A DNA stretch of 63,235 nt, filler included, from Bigelowiella natans CCMP2755 (lineage: Eukaryota; Protista; Cercozoa): assembly GCA_000320545.1 (NCBI GenBank). It is 6 parts of 6 records of this genome, joined end to end, with 100 filler letters (N's around TTAATTAATTAA, not from the genome) between each part and the next. Parts side by side here need not be neighbours in the genome. Positions count along the whole stretch, not along the records: positions 1 to 22,002 come from ADNK01001677.1; 5 more parts are not named here. One strand, 5' to 3'. The notes beneath the pieces are model-generated. The model did not search any database, had not been told where the DNA came from, and worked only from the letters and a program-made list of their open reading frames with translations. Both the position numbers and the translations under genes were made by a program. Positions 1 through 14,196 of this stretch are shown piece after piece. The stretch's first letter is position 1. Each line of letters opens with the position of its first letter.

Positions 1-128
1 GTCTTTAGAATATTCATCGATGCTGCTCTTTACGACACGCAGGATGGTTGTCTTGTGCCGCAACAACGACAATCACCTAACCAAAATCTCACCCTTGAAA
101 ATAAAATATTGTTTCGCTTGTCTCTGCC

Positions 129-173
<45 letters not shown>

Positions 174-222
174 CCCTCGTCCTTGTTCGGTGTTAATGTT
201 CATGTATAACAACCAATTCCAG

Positions 223-558
223 TAAGGACTTTCTCATTGCAATTGCGAATCCAGTCACAAGGTGCTGACACTGACACGGCGGCTGCATGTTGTGACATGG
301 CTGTACACACGGGCCAACTTTGAGCTTGTGTGTGAACTCGCTGGGAGAAGCTGGGAGATTGGATTTGTTCATCTGTTCTTCTTGTCAAACCTGAGAGCTC
401 ATCGCTTTATAATTAAAAACGACTAAAATCTAGGCCGCGACACATTCATGAATACAAAATTACCTCTTATTCGCTCTATGCGGCGTCCTCTCTTGGACTA
501 AGATTTGAAGATATTCTCTCCGGTGAGTCATGGGTGCAAAGCAAGGAATATTTATATG

Positions 559-598
<40 letters not shown>

Positions 599-2789
599 CA
601 TGCATATATATAGTGTACTACATAATTCAGGTCTCAACCGGTTGTCAAAGAACGAACTTCACGATTCGCTGATAAACTTCATTCATGATAAAACCGAGAA
701 GGTGCTGAGTTGCCCCTCCGCCTCCCCCCGTCTCATAACAAACGAGCCTCCTGCTCGATTTGAGCTCTCAAATCTGTTTCGGCAGCAAGAGCATAGGCAA
801 ATACACCATTATTTGCTTTGTTTGTGTATTTGTCGGGGTGATGCCTTTAGGCAGGGAAGGTCCGCATTGTTCTCCGTCGCAACAGCTACTTCGTGGAATC
901 CCCAAACAAGAAAATGCTTGAGGTAGTGACTCTCCTCTCTTCCCCCTTTCTTCCTTCCTTCCGTCCCCCCCCCCACCCTAATCCTTTCCCGCCTGGTGAT
1001 GATAATGATGAGGATGATGATGATGATGTCGATGATGAATTCAAACAATTATATCTCATCGGGAAAACAACAGCGGTTCTCGCAACATAGCTCATTCTAA
1101 AGGCTTATTAAGATCTGGCATGTTGTTCATTTTACTTGAAGGAATTGCTAAAAATAGAAGGAGTCGCAGACGCTAGAAAACCAGGGTAGCACCTAGTTAC
1201 TAAATGCTCACTCGAAACAATACATTCAGTCATTAAAAATATGACTTATCTTACACCCATAGTCCAGACAAGATTTTCACCTTAATAATTTCACGATACA
1301 TTCGGTTGATTCGGCGATAGATGTCCCTCTCCCCCCCGCTACTTTCATTTGTTTTTTTTCCCAAAAATCAAACTCACGTCATTGGATCATGTGTTCGCTT
1401 GTTGCGCTCTTTCAGGGAGACCGAATTTCTCGTCCACTCAGGTAGATAACCACCAGTGGTGATGGTAGTGGTAGTAGTGGTAGTAGTAGTAGTGGTAGTA
1501 GTAGTAGCTTTGGGTCATGCAAGATACAGCGTTGTCTGGTGAATAAGTAGTGTTCTTTCCTATTACCATTGTGTGTATGTGAGCTGTGTGTGTGTATGTG
1601 TGTGTGTGTGTGTGTATGTGTGTGTGAGGATGCTGTTTTTGGTGCTAGTAAGCAATTACATGGTACGGTAAGCAATATACAGTAACATATGATATCTCTT
1701 GGTCTAACATATGATATCTCTTGGTCTCTTTGTGTTTGGTATAAATGAACTCTTCAGATGACCAAAGAAAGGTTGCCATTCAAGGGACGAAGGATGGCGG
1801 AATGGGGCAGATGGAGGCTATGGGTTATCACCATCATCATCACCATCATCATCCCCATCATCATCATCATCAACAACATCATCGTCATCGTCATCGTCAT
1901 CAGCACATTTGTTGTTTTGTTCTTTGTTACAAAGCTAATCGTGCTCGCTTGCTTATTGTTCAAAGAATATAGAGTTTCGTACATTTGTTAGTTTTCGCCA
2001 TTTCTTTCTCTAAAGGCTATTTGCCTTCTATCATGAATATTGCTATATTTGGTACTCAATGCAACGCGATTTCCTTGATAGTTGACGTTGATTCTGTTCC
2101 ACACAGGGCTTAAAGGTGATATGAAGGAGGATGTGGAAGAGAACGAAGGGGATAATAAACCGAAGCTCGATAGAAGGGTGTATTCCTTCGAGATCATGCA
2201 GGGAAAGGTCGTAGTAGCTCACCAATGGAAAAAGAGAATAATCTTCAACTTTTCCTTGAGAATGTCTTCGAGGATAGCTGAGAGCTTGATTTAACATCAC
2301 ATTTGAATAATTTCAAGTATTCTCTTACACGCACATACACACATACATCCAATAGATTTATAAACGCTGCCAAAATACCCTAGCATATATGGGCTATAAT
2401 TCAAGCATTTGCGATGAGCTGACAATGTGCTTTCTTCGTCGCGGAAATCCAGCAGGAGCAGCGTTTGAATGAAGAAATCGTTTGATATCATTTCTTATTA
2501 GGTCGAGCAAGTGAAAGAAGCTGCTAAGGACAGGGACTTTCCTACATTGGAAGTTAGGCGTTAGAACATAGCCAGATATTATTCGAATCAGATCTCTTTG
2601 TGTACATGAGTAGTGTGTGGAAGTCGAGGAAGGGAGGGGGAGAGGGGGGGAGAAATGTTTGTGCTGACTCAATTGAACATGTCGTCTTGAAATGCCAAAG
2701 ATAGAATGTTTTTGATGTCTGAGCAGAGCAAAGAAAGTCAGTATATTTGGTATAACCTCTCTTTCATCTCACCTTAAATATATTCCCCC

Positions 2790-2820
<31 letters not shown>

Positions 2821-2822
2821 AC

Positions 2823-2853
<31 letters not shown>

Positions 2854-2965
2854 TTCTCCAGGAATACGACTACCAGAACGATAAAACAACACCGAATCTG
2901 AACATGAACTTGAGGTGGGAAATGTGCATGCATTGTTTGCAAGAACTATTGTGCATTTGCGTGTG

Positions 2966-3002
<37 letters not shown>

Positions 3003-3704
3003 TGTATCTCCGGTTCTGTCCTTGCTTCAAGTGCGAGCATCAGTATTACGCGTATCGTACGTAGAGTTGCTGGCAATGTTCCCAATTTTGTTTTTTGGAA
3101 AATGAGAGAGAATCGGGCTGAATCATACAATGGTCTCAGGGCATTTGCACAGATCCGCCCTTACCAGGCAAGCTACAAACATCGTCTATTAGCACTGGAC
3201 AGTATCTTCGAAACCACACATGAATTGCACACAAAAAGAATCCTGGGAATACTTCCCCGTTCGTGTCTCTATGTTCGATCTGAAAGATTCCAGAGTTGTT
3301 GTCTGCGGCTACGAACTCGATTATTTCTGTTGTTACTGCAGCATCGTTCCTTCGAATCTTCTAGCATGCATTTACCATTATCCTTGCTTGTTGCGATGAT
3401 TGGTTCTCCAGGAGCGTTGTCTGGCAAAGATGTTCGGGTTTGGAAGAGCTCGATCAGGAATCATCGTTCTTCCGTGCGGTAGTTTCGTTGTTCCTGTCGT
3501 GACGTTCACTGTGCATGTGCATATTATTGATTGAATTTGGACAAAGATGATTATGCATTATGACGACGTCTCAATTGCATTTAGTATTCGGTGGTGAGTA
3601 CGTATTTCCGATCGCTGTATTGTATTACACCACTCAAATGTGTGCGTTTTCTTCGCCGTTGTAAAAAGGTGCGGGGAAGACATTGGTAGGAATCACCGCT
3701 GCAC

Positions 3705-3746
<42 letters not shown>

Positions 3747-4062
3747 CCATTAGCAAGTCGTGGTGATCTTGTGATGTAGTACAAGTGTTGTCTTCGTGAA
3801 TAGTTGGCACCCATAGACTTAGTATATATGTTTACTTATTCATTATCGTTTGATGGCTTCTTCAGACCATCGGGAAAAGTACGTTAGTGGTGGCTACGAC
3901 AGACGTTGCGGTCAATCAGGTGCCCCTTTTTTGGGGGGGAGGGGGGGGGGGGGAGGGGGCTGGTTGAGGATGGTGGAAGTTGGCGATATTGAGATGTATT
4001 GGAGATTATGATAGGCGCGTAAGAAACGGGGAAGAGATTACAGATAGGATTACGTGTGTTTA

Positions 4063-4094
<32 letters not shown>

Positions 4095-4188
4095 TGTGCT
4101 GCAGTGGAAGAAACAGTTTGAGCACTGGACCACGATTAATGACAACGGGGAGAAAAGGGTTAGGCGCTCTATAATCTCAGTATCTGGA

Positions 4189-4220
<32 letters not shown>

Positions 4221-4231
4221 CACATAATTAA

Positions 4232-4262
<31 letters not shown>

Positions 4263-4276
4263 TGGAATTCTTATCC

Positions 4277-4333
<57 letters not shown>

Positions 4334-6821
4334 TCGCTCTCTCGCTCTCGCTCACTCGGCCTCTTCTACATGACTATTGCGCACATCACCAACCGCATAG
4401 TCCTCTGATTCACCATTGTTTCTCGTTGAAACTGACTACCAATGTACCTCGCAGGTGATCATGTTCTCTCGAGAGCATAAAAGGGCGTGGGACACATCAA
4501 AGGTACTAGTAGCAGCAGTATCAGTAGTATTAGTAGCACTACATAATATATTTCATTGTTTCTGATGATGAGGTTAACACGAGCTAGTTAAGTAATGTAC
4601 GTGTAGTAAAATCAACAATTCGGTCGTTTTTCTGAAAGCTTTCCGTTTTCTCTCTGAAACCGTTTATCGTGGCCATGCTTGTGTTTTGGTTTTTGGTTTT
4701 GGTTTTGATTAGGCGGTTATCGTCATCGCGTCGTACCACATGCTCGGCCATGGAGGCCAAAGAGAAAAGGAAGCTGAAAAGGTGCGAATATGGCTGTTTT
4801 GCAAAGACAACAATACGGTGTCTTCATGAAGTTGTCCATGGTGTTCCATAAATTGTAGTTAGATTTTCGTTTGTACGTATAAATATGGTAATCCGCGTCC
4901 TGGAGAGTATGCAGTCACAACATTTGTTTGATGCGCGTAATCGTTGTGCAGATAATGCAGCTCATTCGGAAGCACGAATGGTAGTTTACTTTCTTCATGT
5001 GGATATGTGTGTATGCGGGAATGGGAGGAGGAGAGAACGGCGGTAAAGAGCGCGGAGTGGGGGGGGGGGGCAAAAAGAAAACTTATAACATTCTTGAAAA
5101 GTAGCATATCAAAAAAAGCCTTTCTCTTAAAGCATTCGTGCGTATACATGAGTCGAAATGGGACTGTTGTTCGAAATGCACTGTTCTTCGACTTCTACGT
5201 GCATCAAGAGATGATACGGATGTTATTCACTCTTTACCGTCTGTTCCGTTGCATTGCGTTGTGCTGCAATCACTATCTATCACAGGGGGCTCATCATCCT
5301 AGACGAGGTGCACGTCGCAGCAGCGAAAACCTTTCGCAGGTGATTTGCATATTCGGCATCCTCGCAAGATATAAACCAAGAGTGACAGTGCGGTTTTGAG
5401 TCGTACTTTTACAGTAGTTTGGGGTGACAGATGTACAATGCCTATTCACCCGTTTAGTGTAAGGATGATGATTCACTAGAATTGCAGCTGTTAATCACTC
5501 AAACACCCGTCCGTATGCCCATGTCTTGAAAGGTGTGTTAGCGAAACGTACTCCCGCTGCAAGCTGGGACTTACAGCTACCTTAGTGCGGTAATAAGTGG
5601 TGGTGATAGTAGAAGGGAGAGGCGGAGAGATAAAAGAGAGAAAAGCAGCAAGAGAACGAAGAATTGTATTGTTCAATTCCCTCAATTGTTATAAGCAATT
5701 CTTCGTAAAAGCCAAAAAATATTTAGCACTCAAGCGTGTCATCATAATCAGCACCATCGCCCCCCCATGACTACCATCGTCCTCATCATCTTTAGCATGC
5801 AATCGCAACTACGTTGTACAGGGACTACTATCACCATCATCATCAACATCATCATCATTATGTCATCATCGTATCAAATATTCACTACTGCCACTACCGC
5901 AACTATTGAGCAGAGAAGACAAAATGGTGGACGACCTTCACTACCTCGTCGGACCGAAGCTCTATGAAGCGAATTGGCTCGATTTGCAGGTGAGAGGAGA
6001 GAGAAAGAGAGAGAGAATGAGAGAGAGTATATCGGCTTTTTGGTTCTAATTGATTGTTTTTTTCTGTTTTGTTGGTACTTTCTTGTGCTTTTCAAATTTG
6101 CTATCTACTACTTCACTTCCACGATGCCATAATCGCATATACATGTGTATAAAAACATAAAGGTTCGATTTCAACCCGAATTGAAATGCGTTGTTGTCGT
6201 TGTTGTTGTTGTAATTCCTGCTTGTGTTTCGTTTTGTTTTCTCCTTCTTGTTGTTGTTTTGAACGCCAGGACCAAGGCTACATCGCGTGTGTGCAGTGTA
6301 TAGAGGTCGGCGACTTTCGAAAACACTCATTGTCCAACATGATGTTCCTCTTAGAATAGTGAGCGCACGGTTGTCAAAGGGGATTGTAGATCTGGGCAGT
6401 TCTCGCATTCATTTGCACATGATATCATAATATGTATCATCGTGTTTATTGTCCTAATAGGTCAAGTGTAGGATGGATCCCTTGTTTTATAAAGGTGTGG
6501 TGATAACGTACCTAACATGGGCTTCTCGCGCATGCATGCCCGATTACTACATGCCTCTCGGATGATGAATCATTCGAGCTGAGTATTATGTTTTCCGGTC
6601 ATCTTCCTTTAGAGTATCTTATGCAAAAATCGATGCGAAGACGGCAGCTATTGTACGGCACATTTCGGTTTTTGTTTTATTCTCCCTTTAAAAAAGAGCA
6701 AGTGGTTCGTATCATCGGGGTGTTTGATTTATTTTTAAATGTGTGAGATGCCTGTATTTCTGTGCGCGCGTGATTGTATTTGTGTGTCTTGTTATATTTA
6801 TGTACGCGCACGCGCGCGCGC

Positions 6822-6852
<31 letters not shown>

Positions 6853-7581
6853 ACATGAGTATCTTTCCGTGTATTCTTCGCGTAAAGTATCTATTATTCG
6901 TTTTCTGTTTTTCATTTATGTGCAAGTAGCCATCGTCCATTTTTTGTGCTATAGATACGAGCAGCGAAGTGCTGTTATCGCTCATCTTCTGTTTTTTTCC
7001 TCTTTTTTGTTCTATGTTTTCCCGATTGGGACAAAAACAGGTATGAGATGAATCCCAGCAAGGTATTCAATGGATTGTAAAGATGGAGAGTTCGGCGAGA
7101 GAAACTGTTTCATTTTACAAGCATGAAGAAGCACGTTAGCGTCCTGAGTATATAGATATGATATGTATATATACCCATACTTTTATATAAATATATTTAT
7201 CAGTTTAATGTGTGCGAGTATCTCATTCGTTATCATGAGGCCAGGGGCGATAAGGTAGCTTGCCTTTACATTATCGTCGTCATCAAATGTCTTCCAATGA
7301 ATAATGATGTGGTTTCACACGCATGACGCACTGTTGAAAGCTATGGCTTTGGAACTGACCTGACGAGCGCTTGCATAAATTCTTGTCGCGCATCGTTTGC
7401 CCGTTTGCACATTTATTGTGTTTTTATTGCTACCTGTTGGAACACAGATCTTGGTATTCTCCGACAATCGATTCACGCTTGAGACGTACGCAAGGACACT
7501 GCTGAACAAGTCCGTGGAGGGAGTGATAATATGGAAAGATGCTGATATTAATCGTCTAGATTCGATATTATATATATATAA

Positions 7582-7623
<42 letters not shown>

Positions 7624-8586
7624 ATTTGTTACTAATTTCTCAGGTCATCATCCAAATTTCATCGCACTTTGCAGCTCGAAGACAGGAGGCGCAACGTTTG
7701 GGGCGTATCTTACGTCCAAAGCCAGTGTCATCAAGTCGATTCAATGCATTCTTCTACACGCTGGTGATGATATGATTAGCTTGCATATTTCTCGAATGAT
7801 GCGTATGCTTCCACGTGTGTGGAGATGTATATGTGTGCTAAATATGCATGGATTAACACGTTCTTAGGTCTCTTCGGATACAACGGAAGTCAAGTACGCG
7901 ACGAAGAGACAAAGATTTCTCGTTGATCAGGTTCCTCCCCATCCCCCCCCCCCTTCTTTTTCCCCTCTTCTTCCACCACTCAGAAATTCTTCCACCACTC
8001 AGAAATGTATTATTAGCCATATCATAGACGTGCGCATGTATGTAGTAGCGACGTGTTTCTTTTTAAAGAGGCAGCTTTATATATATTCGTCGTTGGCTCC
8101 GATACTTGGTACATTTTGGAGTGTGATAGTGTGCGTGTGTGTGTGTTTGTGTGTGTGTGTGCTGTTTTGGTCGGTAGGGTTATGCCTATAGGATTGTACG
8201 AGATGAGGATCTAATTGGAACTGAGTAATATGCCCGTGATGATGCTTACTTTGATATATATTTAAAAATATACATAAAAGCGATTTCCTATATGCGCTTG
8301 TTTCTATTTGTGTTTATGTGTGTGTGTGTGTGTGTATAATAAACAGTCCCAAAAAGCATGGTCTCCAGCTTTCCACACCCGCAAAGAAGGCGTCGATATT
8401 AGCGAAGGTTGTCACCGTCATAGCTGCCACCATGCCGCACGCATGAAGTATACTGCCTCAGAGAAATTGGGGAGGGGGGGGATGAAACCGCACGTTGAGC
8501 TTTCTGCATGTGTTTGAAAATGTGCATGTTTGTCTATGTATGTGTGTGTGTGTGTTTTGGGGGCAGAAAGAGAAGGTAGACACACA

Positions 8587-8626
<40 letters not shown>

Positions 8627-9374
8627 AGCAAAACGTGGAGGAAAAGCATCATCATCATAGATCACTTATTGACGTGTGTCTATGTGTACGTGAAGATCCG
8701 AGCTGCAGACGAAATGGTGGCATTAGAGGAGGAAGAAGAAGTTGGTGTGTGCCCTACAATCCAACAACAACAACAACACAACACCAGGATAATACACACA
8801 ACCTCAGAATTTAGCCCGTGTCACACGCGAGAAGACGACGATATTTTCATGATAGAGTTGACATTTTTTGAGGCATATGACCGGGCGTTTTGATGTTGCT
8901 TCTTCCTAGATGCATGCAGCTTCATGTGTAGTATGTGATTGCGTGTGATGCGTATTATTTGACCACGTATTGGCTGTAACGTAGGCTTAGACAGGACAAA
9001 GCAGACTCGGAGAAGGTGCAGTGAGTGCCGCATGTTTGAGCGCAAAATATTGTGCTGTGGGCCATAAATCAGTGTTCTCATTACCAGTATCAGTATCATC
9101 ATCAATATCATCATTATGGTCATTATCATCATCATCATCATCATTATCATCATCATACAACCGCTACCTCTCGATATCAATCATCTATGTAATACATGTC
9201 TTTTCAAAACACATGTACCATCTTCTCTGCCTCCCACCCCCTTCCCCCCCTCTCTCTTCTTTTGTATTCGTCGGTATGGATCACAGGAAGGGGGGAGGGA
9301 AGCGATGGGGATCTTTCGGACGCAACGTGCGACGAAGAGCTGGAAATGCCTCTGATATGTCAGGGGGCTCAGGG
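223..9374 (+). CDS. XPB: TFIIH DNA helicase XPB (ERCC3/SSL2/RAD25); about 30 small exons, 5' end upstream of or at the window edge, final exon uncertain
   Basis: Spliced exons read [13 protein letters not shown]|[17 protein letters not shown] (223-522), [13 protein letters not shown]|AGKTLVG (Walker A, 3412-3706), GLIILDEVH (~5286-5313), [11 protein letters not shown]|[37 protein letters not shown] (7644-7720) and KRQRFLVDQ|GY. All match conserved XPB blocks in the correct order. Confidence 0.96.
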
Positions 9375-10492
9375 GTAAGTAGCTTGTTAGTAGCAATGGT
9401 GGTCATTGGCTGGTTTTTGTTATGGATATCCGCACACGTTGGAAGCCATCTCCTCGCAAGCATAGTGAGAGAGAAGCGTAGAACATTTGCGAGGGAGCAT
9501 GCACGAGCGCGCGGTTGTGTATGTGTGCGCGTGTGTGCGTTTGTGTAGGTGTTGTGTGGGGCTCTCCGCGATCAATGAGAACTCCATGATTTACCTTTCC
9601 TCTTTTGCCATCAGATGGCATATAGACCAAATAATGCGCCAAGGTTCTTCCGTGATCACATCATGAGGAATGCCAGGAACTGAGGCGATGGGGCCATGAG
9701 CATGTCCATCATGTAGCGGGAAGCTGTCAAGTGGTGGATCACCTCTCTTAGGCCATTGTGGCATGTGGAATTGAACATGTAGTAACCATAGCATGTGGAT
9801 GCGAGAATTCAATTTTGTCTGCTGTCTTGATTTGCAGGCATAGCTTGCTGCGAATGCATGACATAATGAGCGACGGGCAGGCGGCAGCGCATGCGCACTT
9901 TAGCACTTTCCAGACTAGTGGACGCACGCGCTAGCCTAGTAGCGCTAGAGCGTGCACAGTGTCTTGAGTGACACTGAGCGATGCATGACGACGTGCACAT
10001 ACGCTGCCGTGTCTAACTACCATGAAAGAAGCTCGACCTGTTTCGTTGCTGAAGGCTGTGGAGGATCTGTGGAGTGCCAGAGTGGCCACACGCACACTTT
10101 GCCACGGCACTGGCCAGCAGGTTCGTCAGAACAACACTTGAGCACACTGTCAAAACTGAGCGTTCTAGCGTTGCATGCTGACACCAGTGTTGACAGAGGC
10201 TCTGCATGCGCATGAACTCATGGAAGAGGAACACTTGCGTGCAGCTGCACCTCAAAGCACAGCGTGGCTGCCATCGAATGCTTCATCGACCAGCCGCGAC
10301 TCTAATCGGGGGACAAATCATTGAACGTGCCTGCTAAAATTATGTTGTTAACACATCGTACTATTTCTTCGAATTTTGGTCTTCTCTCAGAACACCACTC
10401 AGATTTTTACGGAACTTTCCAATCCATGAATTCGTTGATTTGTCGCATAAATATCTAAAATAAAGGATCCTTTTATGCAACAACTTCCGCAA

Positions 10493-12411
10493 CATGGTGT
10501 GGACCGTCCTGATGAGGTCAGCCGCCCGTGCCCCGCGGAGCATTTTAATGATTCGGGCGTGATAACGATGAGTACTTGTCCACAGGAGCGTCCAGAGTCA
10601 CTGCTATCGACTCCCACTGCCATTTGCAGGGAGAGGGTTGGTGAATGCGGGATTGTTGGGAAGGAGAGCTCTGCATTCAAGTAGAAGCGCGCAGGTCGTG
10701 CTCGATTATGTGTTCTCTGTTTTCCTTTCATCGTAGCAAACTGCCACTCGCATCAGCTTACGAGAATTTCCTCTAGCCCATTACTATTCTCCATACCCAG
10801 CGCCCATTGCGCCTTTCGTTATTCTGACCATGTGCTCATATCGAATACATGTGGAACCGCCCAGATAGCTTCAAGGCTGAGATTAAGGATGATGGTACAG
10901 CGGCTTCGGAGTATCAGAAGACTGTGCGGAAATCCGGAGACAAATAAAGCATCAAGCTCGGCGAAGAGGACTTCTAAAGGCGGATTCATAAATTGGTAGC
11001 CTGCGTTTTTCAGTTGGAAATCGCCCCTCCCCACTTCAACAGCAGCGAGCATCGGCACTTACCGGTTCCTGGGAAAAAACCCAACCGATGCTCCAATAAA
11101 TGCAGGTATCTTCACCAGCTGGACGTGCGACCGATGCTAACAAAGTCGATCACTTCTGCGCTGATCGGAGGAAGCGGGGATATCATGTGTCAGGTGAGGT
11201 GCCATTCCTTTGGCAGCGTTCGCCATTAGGGCTGAAGACGACGACCGAGCACTTTTCGTGATATATCGGTTTTTTTTTTGTATCCAAAAACCAACGTCAA
11301 TCGTATCAATAGCTAAATGTGTTGTTTCTGGTCTCGACGCTCTCCGTCGCCGTTGTCCTGAACATCTCTTCGTCGTTGATGTTGATGAATGTCGTCAGCT
11401 GTTTGTGGAAGGGCACTCGGTGGATTGGGTTCGGAACGGTGAGAGTATCCATTCCGACGATAGATAGTAACGACGATGATAAGTGATACAAACCATAGCT
11501 GCATGATTCCTCGAGGCATTTGCTTTCATTAACATATAATCGCTCTTGGTGTTGCAGGCAAATTCACGTTTCTCGGACTTGTGCTCGTTGGGCCGACGCT
11601 GCACAACTGGTGGGGGGGAGAGCGGCGGGAGCAAAGCTAAATCCGCTATTTTTCTTTGCGCTTGGCGCTGAGCTGCTATTCTTTGAGATGCAACACTCTG
11701 TTGATGAAACCGATATTGGGGGTGGTGAAATGAGGCTGCGGTGGGTGTCAAATTCATGGGGATGTGCGTGCTGTAGGTTCGGCTTTTTGTTTCGACTTGC
11801 TCCGAAGACTGACACTAGATCTATCATGATTCGCCTCACCCGTAAGAACATATACGAAAGGAACTTATTTACACGCACAAAAATGTGAAATCTATTCAAA
11901 AAGGAATAAAGATATTAGTATGTATGCGAGGCATAGCATCATCCATAAGGTTGCATCTGAGATGATGCGAAAACGCTTATTGCTTTGTTTGCTGATCTCG
12001 AAAGAAGCTTGACTTTGTTCATCTATCTATTTCCCCGTCGCAGCGTCGTTATTCACCGCATGGATATTCTGCCCTTTTCTCTCTTGTCTTCCAACCCCTT
12101 GCTGTTTCAGTGGATCAAACGATATTTGCTTCGGTGTTTAACGTGGTGATGTTTTCCGCGGTGCAGGCCCTTGATGGTAGGCGCTATGCATGCGCATGGT
12201 GTGCGTGGCATTTTTGTATTTTGCAGTCTCAACGGCGGTGTATTCGGCCATTGACGTAGCAATGCATCGAGAATAGTTAAAATGCTGTATTAAATCGAAA
12301 ACCGCATGGTAGGCACTCCCGAGAAGATCCCAGCCACGCTTGACAGAGAATGGTGGCCTGCAATGAAGGTTCAAATACACGATTGTACTCCAGTTGAAGG
12401 ATTGTTGAAAA

Positions 12412-12444
<33 letters not shown>

Positions 12445-12568
12445 ATTGGAGCTGCATCATTAGCTGAAGATAGTTCTCCGATGATTTCCTGGCTTCGAAA
12501 TCAAGACGCCTTAGTTTCTCTCGCCCTTGATGTGTAAGCTACACGCATGATATGCGATGCATGTTGTA

Positions 12569-12619
<51 letters not shown>

Positions 12620-13016
12620 AGGCAAACTGGCAGCTATGGCTTCCTGCCAACTTCATCAACTTTGGGTTCGTCCCCCTTCGCTTTCAAGTGCTCTTTGCTA
12701 ACGGAGTGGCGCTCATTTGGAACACGTAATAATTGATAGACGAAACATGAAAATGCGCCAAATTAATGCGACGTGCGATCGATTCGGTAGGGTCAAGTTG
12801 CTGTCTCGCAGCGCCGTTAAGCTCTGTGTTGTTGTCCTGAGCATGCTGTGGGTTGGAAAGAACCGGCATTATTCTCCCATTTCTTTCTGCTATTTAATGC
12901 CGTTGCAAAGCAAAACTGGCGTTTTGAATAATTACAACAACTCGACTCGACTGCATTAGGGAGATTGCTGATCTTTGCGCTCATGCAGGTACCTTTCAAT
13001 GGCGGCACATCGATAG
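10493..13016 (+). CDS. Mpv17/PMP22 family membrane protein (multi-exon; start codon approximate)
   Basis: Exons YLHQLDVRPMLTKSITSALIGGSGDIMCQ (~11106-11193), KFTFLGLVLVGPTLHNW, VDQTIFASVFN, ANWQLWLPANFINFGFVPLRFQVLFANGVALIWNT (~12622-12725), and YLSMAAHR* with TAG at 13014-13016. Confidence 0.9.
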
Positions 13017-14196
13017 AACAGGCTTAACCGCTATGTAGACGAAGTGATGACGTTCAGCCTAATACCATTAAATGGTAGATAATTGTGGTAGTTAGGTATC
13101 ATTATAACCCTGTGTTTGCATATAATAGATTAATGTGTCTTTTATGCATCTGTGAAGTTGGGACTGCTTAAGGAAGTAATATTTTTAAAAAAAACAGATG
13201 GCAATGTGTTGTAGCGTTGTGTCAGTTTCATGTGTTTTAAGCCCAGCAGCCAGTCTAGCAGTACAGCGCATGCTTTCTGGTGGCGACTGTATGGCACCCG
13301 CGCCTCGACAACTAACACGCTTGTAGCGTGCGTAGATCGAATGCGCTATAATAATCGCTTGATGGAGAGGCAATGACAACACATACCTGAAGCGAAACAG
13401 ACAGTCTGCCGTCTCAACAATGAGCAATGTGTTTTTTGTATATCCGCTAGCTAGATGTCTAGATGTGCACATGCTGATGCACGCATGTCATCGTGTTGCC
13501 AATGCACAAACATGCACACACACAAAAGGGGGGGGGGGACACAGAGACAGCTGTCATCTTCCTGTGCACACTGTCCGACAAATAAACAATGAAAACTACG
13601 CAAATGTGTAGGCAGCAATTGCCCACAAACATGCACACGCTCATCACACTCTGGTACTGGTAGACTGTTGGTGTGCCATGTGATTGCTGTTTGCTGCGTG
13701 ATTGAGCCGCGGCGCAAGCACGTTTTCGTCCATTCGCACTGCACGCAACCGCACAGTGATCACACGTACTGCAGAATGCAACGAATTGATTTCAAACGAA
13801 AGACGCTCGAAAGAGAGAAGAATGTCCTCAATCCTCATGGAACAGCACCAGAATTTGACTAGCCAGCTTGGAAATGGTGATTCGGGGCTGCTAGACTGCC
13901 GACTGGCTAGCGCCATGTGCACATCACTAGATCAAATTGTTCGCGCTGCATGATCGACCGACGTGCGCACATGCACATGGCGAGCACACAGACCATCGGC
14001 CTTTCACCATGTGTAAAGTTAGAATGGTTTGAGTCCCTTCCGGGCTTAGCTGCGCTCGCAGATGTAATAAACAACATGGAAAATTGAAACTAGCAGGCAC
14101 TGATTTACATAGCAATGATCTTGCAAGAAGAATGGCCGCGTCTGCGCCAACAAATGATGCGCGCGCGCTCAAACACAACGTGGCATTTGTTCCCCA

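Noticed and set aside
1683-1727. Short tandem duplications (22 bp here; also ~7967-8005, ~31815-31890, ~34832-34857)
   Set aside because: Two-copy slippage products without spacers; not CRISPR-like.
6652-6660. Apparent second GC donor in XPB
   Set aside because: A canonical GT donor (TT|GTACGG) joined to the exon at 7041 restores LLYEMNPSK.
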